64,000 bases of DNA from Malacoraja senta (GCA_038087875.1 CM075989.1:20462001-20526000), one strand, 5' to 3'. Shown: positions 1 through 12,321, numbered from the stretch's first letter. The notes: generated from the sequence alone by a model not told the origin. Translations and numbers: made by a program.

Positions 1-280
1 AAAATATTTACGAGGATGTTGCCAGAATTCTGGAGTCTGAGCTATAGGGAGAGGTTGAGTAGGCTGGGACTCTATTCCTAGGAGCGCAGGAGAATGAGGG
101 GTGATCTTATAGAGGTGTACAAAATCATGAGAGGAATAGATTGGGTAGACACACAGTATCTTGCCCAGAATATAGGGGAATCGAGAACCAGAGGACATAG
201 GTTTACGGTGAAGGAGAAAAGATTTAATAGGTATCTGAGGGGTAACGCTTTCACACAAGGGATGGTGGGCCTATGGAACG
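1..280 (+). mobile_element. CR1/HER1-like LINE fragment (3' part of ORF2)
   Basis: ORF 94..288 reads MRGDLIEVYKIMRGID...TRGHRF...LWN, the CR1 ORF2 C-terminus. Confidence 0.85.
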
Positions 281-553
281 TCAGCTGATAAACAGCCTGA
301 CATGTGTGTTTTTATTGTCCAAGTGGTCCAGTACAGAGTGGAGAGGCTTCCTGCGCTGTACTGTTCTATATTCAAACGGGACAAAATGTAATGTTTAGGG
401 AAATCATTGCTTGCATTGGATCTTGTGAAGCATAAAACAAGCAAGTGTTCCAAGACATGGTACAGAGGTGAAAAATAAATCATTGCCAGTATAAACAGGA
501 AGTAGTTCCCAAGAGTTCAAGAGAGCACAGATTTAAACTTTTGGACAGTATAA

Positions 554-1073
554 TGGGCCTGTCGCACTTAGGCGATTTTTTTTGGGCGACTACAGGCAAC
601 TGCCGACGTTCAACATGTTGAAAAGTTTTCGGTGACAGTGGCGACAATGTTTGCTGTCGTAGGTGAATTCCATTAAAACTAGTCCCTGGCAGTTGACTAA
701 CAAGTTGACTAACAAGTCGACAGATAGCGCAATGGGCTAAGTGTTCGGCTGGCAACCGGAAGGTAGCCGGTTCGAATCCCGCTTGGAGTGCATACTGTCG
801 TTGTGTCCTTGGGCAAGACACTTCACCCACCTTTGCCTGCGTATGAATGTGTGTGAATGTGTGTGAATGTGTGTGAGTGATTGGTGGTGGTCGGAGGGGC
901 CGTAGGCGCAGATTAGCAGCCACGCTTCCGTCAGTCTGCCCCAGGGCAGCTGTGGCTACAGAAGTAGCTCACCACCACCGAGTGTGACTGATGCGATGTA
1001 AAGCGCCTTGAGTATTAGAAAGGCGCTATATAAATCCCATCCATTATTATTATTATTAAATGGGACAGGCCTA
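554..1073. mobile_element. PIF/Harbinger-type MITE interrupted by a SINE
   Basis: Termini TGGGCCTGTCGCAC...TGGGACAGGCCTA flanked by TAA (551-553, 1074-1076); same TIR family as 7493, 16607, 25289, 49993 and 58136. Confidence 0.75.
719..1057 (+). mobile_element. tRNA-derived CORE-type SINE with L2-like tail (AFC-like)
   Basis: Box A TAGCGCAATGG 725-735, box B GGTTCGAATCC 769-779, CORE-like GTGTCCTTGGGCAAGACACTT, tail TGTAAAGCGCCTTGAG...AGGCGCTATATAAAT+(ATT)n. Confidence 0.8.
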
Positions 1074-1199
1074 TAAAGGATGCAAACAGGTTGGGTGAAA
1101 GATTTTTTTCCAACAGTGAGTAATTATAGACTGAAACTTGCTGGCTGGAGGGGAGGGTATGTGAAGCAATTGGGACTTACAAAACGGAATTGGATAATG

Positions 1200-1375
1200 G
1201 TCATAGGTTCTAGGAGCAGAATTAGGCCATTCGGCCCATCAAGTCTACTCCGCCATTCAATCATGGCTGATCTGTCTTTCCTTCTCAACCCCATTCTCCT
1301 GCCTTCTCATAACCCCTGACACCGTACTAATCAAGAATCTGTCAAACTCCACCTTAAAAACATCCATTGGCTTGA
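1200..1375 (-). mobile_element. CR1 3' tail fragment
   Basis: Reverse complement of the GATCAGCCATGATTGAATGGCGG...GGGCCGAATGGCCT tail found on other CR1 copies. Confidence 0.75.
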
Positions 1376-1380
1376 CATTG

Positions 1381-1835
1381 AGAAAAAGGATGAGTGACAT
1401 TTTGGGTTGGGACCTTTCTTCAGACTGAAAGTAGACGGTTGGAGGTGAATAGCTGGAGGTGAGAATGGATCAGGGCCAACCACTAATGACCTCAGGCAGG
1501 GTGGTGCCGGATAGGCCCATTGTTGGCCAGGGAAGGTGTGATCTCAAGTGGAACAATGTGGAGAGCTGTGGAAATGATAAATCAACGAGGGTGGAGGAAG
1601 GGTGCAAGATGAGGTTGTATAACATTAGAGAATTCAATGTTCATGCTGCTGGGTTGCAAGCTGCCCAAGCGAAATATGAGGTGTTGTTCCTCCAATTTGC
1701 ATGTGACCTCACTCTGGCAATGGAGGAAGGCCTGGACAGAAAGGTCAGAATGGGAATGGGAGTACAATGGGATCCCAGAGGCCTGGGCGTACATGTTAAG
1801 TAAAATGGTCACCGAGTCTACGTTTGGTCTCGCCG
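1381..1835 (-). mobile_element. Penelope-like element 3' fragment with GIY-YIG endonuclease C-terminus
   Basis: ORF 1582..1812 SHSHSDLSV...HCQSEVTCKLEEQHLIFRLGSLQPSSMNIEFSN, followed by a pyrimidine-rich UTR and the CTGAAGAAAGGT...ACCCAAAA motif. Confidence 0.8.
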
Positions 1836-2585
1836 TTGTACATGCAATGATCGGAGTGTTGACATTGTTAATTAACTCTGGACATGAGTCAACAAAGCAG
1901 TGATTTTATAGGCCTTGGTGATTTGCCAGAACCAAATGGCATCAAATTATTCTGATAGCCATTATCACTCTGTTATTTAGGAAATATAGTTTGTATTTTA
2001 AGTCAATGCTGACTGCTGTCTGACAATTCACTTTTGTGGATTCTGGGAGCTTGTCAGCTATGCCAATGAGAGGCAGTTTACAACATTAGTTTTTCATATC
2101 GGGACTAGTCATTTCTTCAACTGAAACATACCAGAAATAACATTGCAAGCCTGGATCTCAACGTGAATCAAGACCACCATTCATTGTTAAAATAACTCAT
2201 GAAAGTCCAGAGGAACGTTACTTTTTACGACAAAATTCTAAAGCCGAGGCAGGGAGGCATTAATATAAAAAGGTTCTGTCAGAAAAAGGGCTCTGAGGAG
2301 CAAGAATGTTTGAGAAAAAGTGACTCTTTGGCTTGAACTACAGTATAGACTGAACATCACTTGGTTTCCTGCAATTTTCACTAATTTGGACCGTTTTTTA
2401 CGAACCTTTGCACAAAGCTATCAGTTTCTCAGGGGTTATTCCACAATTTCAAATTGAAAACTATTTTCTTGTCTGAACCGCATAAATCATTTCCACTTTG
2501 CAAGATCACCATTTTGATGTCAACATAATTACTTAGGTTAATGTTAGACCTCAATTTTAGAAATTATCTTATCTGATCAGAGATG

Positions 2586-2920
2586 TTTTGTTTAGTTTAG
2601 AGATACAGCGTGGAAACTGGCCCTTCGGCCCATCAAGTCCAGGCTGACCAGCGATCACAGTACACTAGTTTAGTTCAGTTTAGTTTAATCATACAGCATA
2701 TAAACAGGCCATTCGGCCCATCGAATCTACAATGATCACCAGCACCCCAGTACTACAACTTACAGAAGCCAATGAACCTGGAAGTCTTTGCAATGTGGGA
2801 GAAAAGTGGAGCACCCACACACAGCCCATGCGGTCACGGGGAGAACGTACAAACTCCGTACAGACAGGACCCCCAGTCAGGATCGAACACGGGTCTCTGG
2901 CGCTGCAAATCTACCACCAT
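2586..2920 (-). mobile_element. HE1/V-SINE-like SINE (degraded, duplicated tail)
   Basis: (CTAAA)n tail, box B GGTTCGATCC-like head, V-domain similarity to other copies. Confidence 0.75.
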
Positions 2921-3594
2921 GACACCCAGTCATTCGTTTTCCCCAAAAAATTTAATAAAATGTTTTATTACTGCTGAATAAATTAAAGTACCCAGCCAGT
3001 AAATAGGTCTAATGTTATCGTTGTTACTTGAAATTAAGCTGAGTTTGCTGATTTTTAGCAGCGCATGAAGATCTCAATGTCAACGCTAAGGACAATTGGA
3101 GCATTGATGAATAGAAAATCCACTTAATGTAGACCAACAGTTTTATGGGGAGAATGAAGTGAGTGTTTTTCATTTAATTTCACCATGATTTATCTGATGT
3201 GACATTCTTTAGCATAAAAACTTGGAGGGAGTACAGAACCCATCTCACACCTTCCTGCACTGTCTGCACGGAGTCACATCTTCACCAGACCTCATAAATC
3301 ATGCTGTTCAAAACAAGTTTCATCAAAACAGGTGTCAATTTGAGCTGCAAATTTGTTCACTGCTTTCTGAGGGGGTTGTGGTTGTGGGGAGGGTGAAGTG
3401 AAGTGGTGAGGCGGATGCTGTTGAGGTTTTGCAGGGCAAACTGTGATAGAAAGAAGCATAGAGTAGTCCAGGGAGCCAAGAGTGTTTACTTGTCTTGTGT
3501 ACTGACAATGGAACAATGAACTTCTCACTTGCTTTTCATTTCATTTATTATTGTCACGATGTACGGTGAATGAATGAAAGACGTGGAAAAAAAG

Positions 3595-3820
3595 TAGTGA
3601 AATGGCCCATTGTGGGCTTCACCTTTCACTGATCGCCATTACTTTTTGCATATCTTTCATTCATTTGTTCTTTATCTCTCTATATCGCCATCTATATTTC
3701 TCGTTTCCCTCTCCCCTGACTCTCAGTCTGAAGAAGGGTCTCGACCCAAAACGCCACCCATTCCTATTCTCCAGAGATGTTGCCTGTCCCGCTGAGTTAC
3801 TCCAGCATTTCGCGTCTAAA
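3595..3820 (+). mobile_element. Penelope-like 3' end
   Basis: CTGAAGAAGGGTCTCGACCCAAAAC...GCTGAGTTACTCCAGCATTT motif preceded by a pyrimidine-rich UTR. Confidence 0.75.
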
Positions 3821-3972
3821 CATACGTTTATTGAATCAATAAGTAGGTGCTATGCATTCTGCTTATTGAAGGATGAAGGGTAACACCCAACACCTGACCC
3901 AAGCTGAAATACTAAAAGGAAAAGAACACAACAAATTGTCCTTTGCTAAGTTATACTCTGCATTGAACACTA

Positions 3973-4272
3973 GGGCGGCGCAGCGGTAGAGTTGCTGCCT
4001 TCCAGCGCCAGAGATCTGGATTCGATCCTGATACGGGTGCTGTCTGTAAGGAGTTTGTACGTTCTCCCCATGACCACGTGGGTTTTCTCCGGGCGCTCCG
4101 GTTTCCTCCCACACTCCAAAGACGTACAGGTTTGTGGTTAATTGGCTTGGTATAATTATAAATTGTCCCTAGTGTGAGTCGGATAGTGTTAGGGTGCGTT
4201 GATGGCTGGTCGGCGCGGACTCGGTGGGTCGAAGGGCCTGTTTCCACGCTGTATCTCTAAACTAAACTAAAC
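3973..4272 (+). mobile_element. HE1/V-SINE-like tRNA SINE
   Basis: GGCGCAGCGGTAGAG box A, TTCGATCC box B, GGAGTTTGTACGTTCTCCCC...GGTTTCCTCCCACACTCCAAAGAC V-domain, CR1-like tail, (CTAAA)n. Confidence 0.9.
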
Positions 4273-4842
4273 AAATATACAGTAAACCATTCCTAGATTA
4301 GATTAATTAATTTGTATTTAAATACATCCGTCAAAAATGGTGAAAAGGGTCCATTTTGGAAGTCGCTTGACTTGATAAATGTGTTTCTTTTTGGTTTATA
4401 TCCTACTAAAATCAAAGAACTGGTTCCAGCGTTCCATTAAAATCTGGATCTGGCTCAAAGCCACAACGCGGAGATCGTATGTTCATTTGGAAAATGTGAG
4501 GGAAAGGTCGACACGAATATAAAACAGGAATTCAGTTTTTGTTTCCCATTCCCCACAAAAATCCCAAACGTCATGTGTTGTTGAATCATGTGGATCAACA
4601 TGTGGCCGTTACAAATCATGATTGGAAACGTTGGACGGCTCTTGCTTGAAGTCTGGGATGTTTTTAGACCACAGCGGCACAGTAATTTTTAAGGAAGCAA
4701 TTCTGAAATGAAAATTTAATCTACATCAGGAGGAAGGTACCCTAGCCTGAAAACCGTGACCAGGAGGTTCAAGAACAGCCTCTTTCATCAGGCTCTTGAA
4801 CACTGCACAACACTAACCACTACCTCAGCAACTATGATCATC

Positions 4843-5140
4843 GGCAGGCACAGCGGTAGAGTTGCTGCCTTACAGAGCCGGAGACCCGGGTTCGATCCCG
4901 ACTACGGGTGCTGTCTGTACGGAGTTTGTACGTTCTCCCCGTGACCTGTGTGGGTTTTCTCCGGGAAGCTTCGGTTTCCTCCCACTCTCCAAAGACGTGC
5001 AGGTTTGTAGGTTAATTGGCCTGGTATAAATGTAAATTGTCCCTAGTGTGCGTAGGATAGTGTTATTGTGCGGAGATCGCTGGTCGGCACACACTCAGTT
5101 GCCCGAAGAGCCTGTTTCTGAGCAGTATCTCTAAACTCAA
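4843..5140 (+). mobile_element. HE1/V-SINE-like SINE (inside a Rex1-like 3' fragment starting near 4725)
   Basis: Same consensus as 3973-4272. Confidence 0.85.
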
Positions 5141-5240
5141 TCTGCCAACTGTGCCATTGGTTGTAGTATGGACTTTGTTTTTGCGTTGTCATGGTTATCT
5201 CATGTAACTGTTAATATTGTATTGTTGGTTTCTGTGTGTT

Positions 5241-5940
5241 GGCATCCGTCCATCCGTCCATCCGCCCATCCGCGAGAGACGATGTGTCTCGTGCGTCTTT
5301 GACGTTGTCCTGCTTGGAGAGGAGAAGGTTTCATCTGTTGTTGCATCTCTTGCTGTGGTTGACTAGGACCCTCCTCGACAGGCAGATCCTCCCACATCTC
5401 CCACGGGTGAAGCTGTCCTGGCCGTTGGGTGGGAGAGTCAAGTCAAGTCAAGTGAATTTATTATCATGTGTCCCTGATAGGACAATGAAATTCTTGCTTT
5501 GCTTCAGCACGCAGAACATAGTAGGCATTTACTACAAAACAGATCAGTGTGTCCATATACCATAATATAAATATATACACACATGAATAAATAAACTGAT
5601 AATGTGCAGATAACAGATAATGGGTTATTAATGTTCAGAGTTTTGTCCGAGCCAGGTTTAATAGCCTGATGGCTGTGGGGAAGTAGCTATTCCTGAACCT
5701 GGTTGTTGCAGTCTTCAGGCTCCTGTACCTTCTGCCTGAAGGTAACAGGGAGATGAGTGTGTGGCCAGGATGGTGTGGGTCTTTGATAATACTGCCAGCC
5801 TTTTTGAGGCAGCGACTGCGAGAGAGTGCTGCCGTTATCATTGACCATTTTGTGGTGTTGTTGTCGTCTGCCCTCCAGGGTCTTGAACTACATGCTGTTG
5901 TGGTCCTTCATACCCGCCTGGAGGACCTCTCCCCACCTCC
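5241..5940 (-). mobile_element. RTE-like LINE 3' fragment split by a Rex1 insertion
   Basis: Minus-strand peptide FTRGRCGRICLSRRVLVNHSKRC resembles a degenerate RTE C-terminal zinc finger; end CATCGTCTCTCGCGGA(TGGA)n; GAGAGT duplicated at 5433-5438 and 5822-5827. Confidence 0.55.
5439..5821 (-). mobile_element. Rex1/Babar-like LINE 3' fragment
   Basis: ORF IIKDPHHPGHTLISLLPSGRRYRSLKTATTRFRNSYFPTAIRLLN, (CTTGA)n tail, 6-bp TSD. Confidence 0.8.
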
Positions 5941-6010
5941 CTAATAATAATATTATTATTCATTATATATTTATTTATTATTGCATTATTGGGCTTGTTA
6001 AACCAAAGTA

Positions 6011-6307
6011 TTGTTTAGAGACACAGCGTAGAAAAACAGATCCTTCGGCCCACCAAGTCCGCGCCGACCTCGCACACTAACACGACTCTACTCACACGAA
6101 GGACAATTTCACATTTATACCAAGCCAATTAGCCCACAAACCTGTACTTCTTTGGAGTGTGGGAGGAAACGGGAGCACCCAGAGAAAATCCACGCAGGTC
6201 ATGGGGGGAACGTACAAACTCCGTACAGACAGCACCCGTAGTCAGGATTGAACCGGGGTCTCTGGTGCTGCAAGGCAGCAACTCTACCGTTGCGCCACCG
6301 TGCTGCC
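6011..6307 (-). mobile_element. HE1/V-SINE-like SINE
   Basis: Full consensus match on the minus strand. Confidence 0.9.
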
Positions 6308-6904
6308 TTAATGCAAGCAAGAATTTCATTGTTCTGGCTCTTGTACACATGATAACTAAACACTCTTGACTTGACGTGATATATTTGGGATATATTTTAC
6401 CAGGGTGCCAATCTATTTTTAATTAAATTTAATGTCTCAGCAGGTTGGAATCTGTTTTTATTTATCTGGGCTGCTTGATGGTTAAGCTGTTTTGATAATG
6501 GCTGTTTATCACCTCGAACATGGCTGAGGCTTAAAAATTCCGTAAACGTTCCTCCGTTATCAAAGCTTCTTTATGTAAAAGGTTCTAAGAGCTTTTCAGA
6601 AAAGGAATCTATCAGTCCAACATTCCCAAAGGACAAGGAAATAGTCAACTAGCCCATAAATCCCAGCTCGGTAAATAAATAAAAGGTGGTGGCACTTTAT
6701 ATGAAGTAGATGCATCTGGCAACATAAAGTACTAGTACTGGAGCTACTAAAATAAAGTGCAGTGGTTAGCCAAAGTCTGAAATAAAAATGAAAAATGTTG
6801 GAAATTTTCATGAGGCCAGTGAGTATGAGAGAGTGAGAGATAAGCAGAGATGGCGTTTCATATTAATCACCTCAGACCAGCATATCAGCAGAGAGCATGC
6901 ATGT

Positions 6905-7045
6905 TTTAAGGAGACACAAGAAAATGCAGATGCCGGAGTCCTGAGCAAAACACAAAGTGCTGGAGGAACTCAACAGGGGTCGGGCAGCATCTGTGGAGGG
7001 AATGGATGGTTGGTGGTGCTGGTCGGCTCCCATCTTCAGACTGGT
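6905..7045 (-). mobile_element. Penelope-like 3' end (diverged)
   Basis: TGCTGGAGGAACTCAAC...GCAGCATCT...TCTTCAGACTG. Confidence 0.6.
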
Positions 7046-7264
7046 TTTAATGTTGGGTGTTGGCTTTTACCATTTCTCTGTAGAAGACAAAGTAATTGAG
7101 TGTGTTAGGTGATTGGTGTGGAACCTCCAACATAAAGTAAGGGGACACCATACTTTAGGTGAGATGGGCTTGTCAACCTGAACTACACTATGGGTTATAA
7201 GGGATAGTGGGAAAGTTGTAATCTGGTATAGGAGTATATTCTTCAAATGATCTTATTGTATGTA

Positions 7265-7926
7265 CACGATGGCGCAGCGGTAGAGTTGCTGCCTCACAGC
7301 ACCAGAGACCCGGGTTCGATCCTAACTACGCGTGCTTGTCTGTACGGAGTTTGTACGATCTCCCCGTGACCTACGTAGGTTTTCTCTGAGATCTTCAGTT
7401 TCCTCCCACACTCCAAAGAAGTACAGGTTTGTAGGTTAATTGGCTTGGTATAAATGTAAGAAATTGTCGTTGGTGTGTGTAGGATAGTGTTCTGGGCCTG
7501 AGCCACGTACGCAACTTTTTCAGCGACTTCCGGCACCCGTCCTATGTCGTCGCAGGTCGGTGAAAGTTTTCAACATGTTGAAAATCCACGGCGACCAGAT
7601 AGACGCTACGACTCTTTGGGCGACTGAGGAGACGACTCACGACCATACAGGCGACACCCTGGCGACATGTCGCGGGGTGAAGCCTGTATGGTCGTAAGTA
7701 GTCGCCCAAAGAGTCGTACCTTGTTCTGGTCGCCGCTGGATTTTCAACATGTTGAAACATTTTGGCGACCTGTAACGACCTATGACGGGTGCCGGCAGTC
7801 GCCGAAAAAGTCGCGTAAGTGGGACAGGCCCATTAATGTGCGGGGATCGCTGGTCGGTGCGGACTTGGTGGGCCGAAGGGCCTATTTCCGTGCTGTATCT
7901 CTAAAACTAAATCACTAAAACTAAAA
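7265..7926 (+). mobile_element. HE1/V-SINE-like SINE interrupted by a MITE
   Basis: SINE 7265-7492 resumes at 7833 (TTAATGTGCGGGGATCGCTGG...). Confidence 0.85.
7493..7832. mobile_element. Fold-back Harbinger-type MITE
   Basis: TGGGCCTG...CAGGCCCA termini, imperfect palindrome along its whole length centred near 7667, TTC/TTA flanks. Confidence 0.8.
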
Positions 7927-8119
7927 ATATACAGATGCAGTGCAATTGGAAATTAATGTCCCTTCTCGTGTGTCAGCTGGTAGAATAACAATGGTTTTTC
8001 ACACCAAGTGGTTGAGGAAGTGAACCAGTTGCATAGATTGACGTTGGGGTCAGAATTATCCTTTACTTTGATTGCCACAGGTTGCATTTCTATTTGGGGC
8101 ATATTTATTTCAGTATGAA

Positions 8120-8500
8120 CATAGAACATAGAACAGTAGAGCATAGGAACAGGCTCTTCAGCCCACAATGTCTGTGCAGACCAACTCGTATCTGCCTGCA
8201 CATGATCCACATCCCTCCATTCCCTGCATATCCGCGTACCTATCTAAAAGCCTCTTAAATGCCACTATTGTGTCTGCCACCACCACCACCCCTGGCAAGG
8301 CATTCCAGGCACCCACCATTCTCTGTGTAAAAATACTTCAAGATTCAAGATTCAAGAGAGTTTATTGTCATGTATCCCAGATAGGACAATGAAATTCTTG
8401 CCCCTGCACATCGCCTTGAAACGTTGCCCCTTTGACCTTGAAGCTCTTCCCTCTAGTCTTTGACATTCCCACTCTATGAAGAAAGGTTCTGACTGTCTAA
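8120..8500 (-). mobile_element. CR1 3' fragment with an embedded Rex1-type tail (about 8337-8400)
   Basis: (TTCTATG)n end, CR1 ORF2 remnant; TCAAGATTCAAGA...TTTATTGTCA insert. Confidence 0.65.
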
Positions 8501-8864
8501 AAAAGATCTTGACTGTAGAAGGATAGATAACGGTCACAAACTTTTACTTTTAACATTGAAATGAAACTACCCACAGCAGGTTGAGTGAGAATGAATGTCC
8601 ACTTTATAGATTCTTCTTTTGATGCGACATTTTAAATTTGGAAAGAACTAAGATGGAAAAGTATGCAGCTGAGAAATGCAGAGCTAAACGACTGAGAGAT
8701 GTTCAGTGGTATGTTGAGCAAAGGTTCCTTGTGTGACGTGACCAAATGTGACAGCAGAACAGACCTGAAGATAATTGGCTGGGGGGCACTTCCTTCTGTG
8801 ACAAATAAGAAAGATCATGCGGTTCTACTGCAAACTCTTACAGAGATACGAGTCCGGGCAATAG

Positions 8865-8997
8865 AGTCGTGGAGTCATAGAGTGTGGAAACAGGCCCCTC
8901 GGCCCAACTTGCCCACACCGGCCAACAATGTCCCAGCTACACTAGTCCCACCTGCCTGCGCTTGGTCCATATCCCTCCAAACCGGTCCTATCCATGT
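8865..8997 (-). mobile_element. CR1 3' tail fragment
   Basis: GGCAAGTTGGGCCGAGGGGCCTGTTTCCACACTCTATGACTC on the minus strand. Confidence 0.7.
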
Positions 8998-9305
8998 AAA
9001 CATCTTGCTTAATGCCCGATAGTATGGACGCTGAATTCTCCAATTACAAGTGATGACCATTCTCCAATCCCCTCTCTCCTTCATGTTCCAGCCCTACCAC
9101 AGTGTGCACCCATTTCTCCCACGATCCCGCCCCTCTTTCCCATTCCTCCCCATTCCCATTCCACCCATATCCTATCCTCTGGATCTACATTTCACTCCTC
9201 TTCTCGCCTCGTCTGTGCACCCTTTTGCCTCCTTTTCATTTCTGATAACCTTTGGCACGTTTAATAATCAAGTTTTGCCCAAGATTCCAGCATCCGATGT
9301 TCCTT

Positions 9306-9620
9306 GGGCGGCACAACAGCACGGTGGCGCAGCGGTAGAGGCGTTGCCTTGCAGCGCCAGAGACCCGGGTACGATCCTGACCACGGGTGCTGTCTGTACG
9401 GAGCTTGTACGTTCTCACTGTGACCTTGTGGGCTTTCTCCAGGCGCTCTGGTTTTTTCCCACGTTCCAAAGGCGTACAGGTTTGTAGGTTAATTTACTTC
9501 TGTAAACTGTCCCGAGTGTGTAGGATAGAACTAGTGTACGGGTGATCGCTGGTTGATGCAGAATTTGTGGGCCAAAGGGCCTGTTTCCACACTGTAAATC
9601 TAAACTAAACTAAAATCTAA
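9306..9620 (+). mobile_element. HE1/V-SINE-like SINE
   Basis: Full consensus match. Confidence 0.9.
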
Positions 9621-9757
9621 ACAAAATCTACAGTTCCCTCGTGTCACTGTTTTGTGAGCAGGCATGAGTTGCTTCTAAACTTGGGTAAATCCTATTACTA
9701 TGAAGAGTTCTCATTTGTGCTAAGTCTCTCCTCATGATAGGGTCATAGCTTTTCCAC

Positions 9758-10137
<380 letters not shown>

Positions 10138-11090
10138 AACTTTCCTCTCCTGAACACTAGGCCACTTCATTCAAACGCAGCAATGTTGCTTCCACCCAGC
10201 CAAGATCAGGCTGCACAGCAGAACAGGCGGGAGATTGAAGTGACTGGGGAGCTGTGGGTTAGAAGCCTTATGTTACCTCTTTCTTTGCCAGCTCTGCTCA
10301 CAGTCCAATGGCCCAGCAGAATGCGTCTCCCTGTGATGGCATTGCAAATAAATGACTCAACTTGCTTCTGGGCAAGAGGCAGGTTTACTTAAACCCAAAA
10401 CAACAATTTGCGTTACGAGGTAGCGATGTGGATAATGTTTAATTAGGGGGGAAAAAAAAATCCTTGTTTGTTATCATTTAGGTATTACATAATCAGGAGT
10501 TAGACTTTAAACAGCAGAGCAACAGGAATTGGAGGCAGTTTGCGGTGAGAAAACAAATGTTTAATGAGGTGATTACGGCCTCATTCATTTTTATTTGGAT
10601 TTGGTTTCGGGTTCATTATTGTCACGTGTCCCGATGTACAGAGAAGAGTTTTGTTTTTTTGCATCGTATCCGATCAAACCAGATAATACTGAACATAAAT
10701 ACAATCAAGCCAAACTCGAGTACAATAGGTAGAGTGAAGGGGAAGATACAGAGTGCAGAATATAGTTCTCAGCATTGTGGTGCACCAGTTCCATAGACAA
10801 AGTCCAATGTCCTCAATGGGTTAGAGATGAATCGGGCCTAGCTTATGGAAGGACCGTTCAGAAGCCTGATAACAGAGGAGAATAAGCTATTTTCTATCTT
10901 TGATCAGACTATACTGCACTTTATTTTGCTTTATTCCCTTTCCTGTATCTGTGCACTGTGGACGGCTTGATCCTAATCATGTATAGTCTTTCCGTTGAAG
11001 ATAGAATGGTCGAATGCTCCAATGGTCGAGACCCTTCTTCAGACTGATGTGGGGGTGGGGGGGGGCGGGAAATCCCCCCCCCACATCAGT

Positions 11091-11118
11091 CTGAAGAAGG
11101 GTCTCGACCCGAAACGTC
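11091..11118 (+). ncRNA. Minimal hammerhead-ribozyme-like motif in a Penelope-like end (representative copy)
   Basis: CTGAAGA-A-GGGT(CTCG)ACCC-GAAA-C-GTC; stem I has only about 2 bp. Confidence 0.55.
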
Positions 11119-11339
11119 ACCTATTCCTTCACTCCATAGATGCTGCCTCACCCGCTGAGTTTCTCCAGCATTTTTGTCTACCTTCGATTTTTCCAGCATC
11201 TGCAGTTCTTTCTTAAACAAATATTTCATGAATGCATTCTGTATTGATGTAAATGTTAACTATTTTTATACATTGCTGCCTGCCACGAGACCTGCACAAT
11301 TAGTAGACAACTAGATATAACGTCTGTGCCAGGAAGAAT

Positions 11340-11575
11340 CCATCTCTAACAAGAGAGAATTTAACCACCTACCCTTGACATTCAACAACGCACTATTGAC
11401 CAGAAAGTCAACTGGACCAGCCGCATAAAGGCAGTGGCCGCAAACAACAGTTGGGTACCCTGTGGTAAATGACTCACCTCCTGAGCCTTTCCACCATCTT
11501 CAAAGCACAAGTCAGGACTGTGATGGGATGTTCTCCGCTTGCCTGGGTCAGTGCAGCTCCAACAATGCTCATCGT
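11340..11575 (+). mobile_element. Old CR1/L2-group LINE RT-thumb remnant
   Basis: Peptides NHLPLTFN, TIDQKVNWTSRI, THLLSLSTIFKAQVRTVMGCSPLAWVSAAPT. Confidence 0.65.
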
Positions 11576-11607
11576 GTTCAATTTTCTCCGGGCAAATCAA
11601 TCCACTT

Positions 11608-11832
11608 GTGTAGGGAGGAACTGCAGATGCTGGTTTACACCGAAGGATAGACAAAAAATGCTGGAGTAACTCAGCGGACGGGCAGCATCTCTAGATAGAG
11701 GTATGGGTGACGTTTCAGAATGACCCGAAACGTCACCCATTTCATCTCTCCAGAGATGCTGCCCGTCCCGCTGAGTTACTCCAGCATGTTGTGACTATCT
11801 TCAGTGTAAATCGGCATCGGCAGTTCCTCCCT
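11608..11832. mobile_element. Palindromic Penelope-like ends
   Basis: Inverted arms centred near 11720 (GTGACGTTTC...GAAACGTCAC). Confidence 0.8.
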
Positions 11833-12321
11833 TCGTATATAGTCTTTCCATTAACTGGATAGTACCCAACAAAGAAGGTTTTCACTGTACTTCGGTACAC
11901 ATGACGACTAACTAAACTAAAAAAACTATCCTTTGAGCCTGGTTTGTCAAAGACGTGAAAAATATGAATCTCCTGTGAATCATTGCCTTTCGCTGGGAAT
12001 TTTTGTGAAAGAGGGCAAACTGATTATTGGGCAAATAAGTCATTTAATATTGTAAGGATGATGCTATTCCATTGATTGGCATCATCAGCTTAGATGGAGA
12101 GACAGCCGAGGTGAACTGAACACAGCATTCTGATAATGGACAAAAGCCTTCCCTCAAGACATTTAGATATTGATTTTTCTAATGTGGTTAATGGTGAGTT
12201 CGTGTTAGTTGAGATGATGGTTCTTGGACATACAATACTCATGTACACACCGTCGCAAAGGAGAAATGAATATTTATTTCAGTCCTTTTCGCTGCAAGAA
12301 TAATCACAGGACCCGCTAAGA

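Larger units (their letters stand above)
11005..11645 (+). repeat. Inverted duplicate of 18696-19340 (inferred acceptor copy)
   Basis: Near-identical reverse complement; flanked by GATAG at 11000-11004 and 11646-11650. Confidence 0.95.

Noticed and set aside
719..790. tRNA gene (also the tRNA-like heads of the HE1-type copies)
   Set aside because: A and B boxes are present but run directly into SINE bodies; no clean cloverleaf or terminator.
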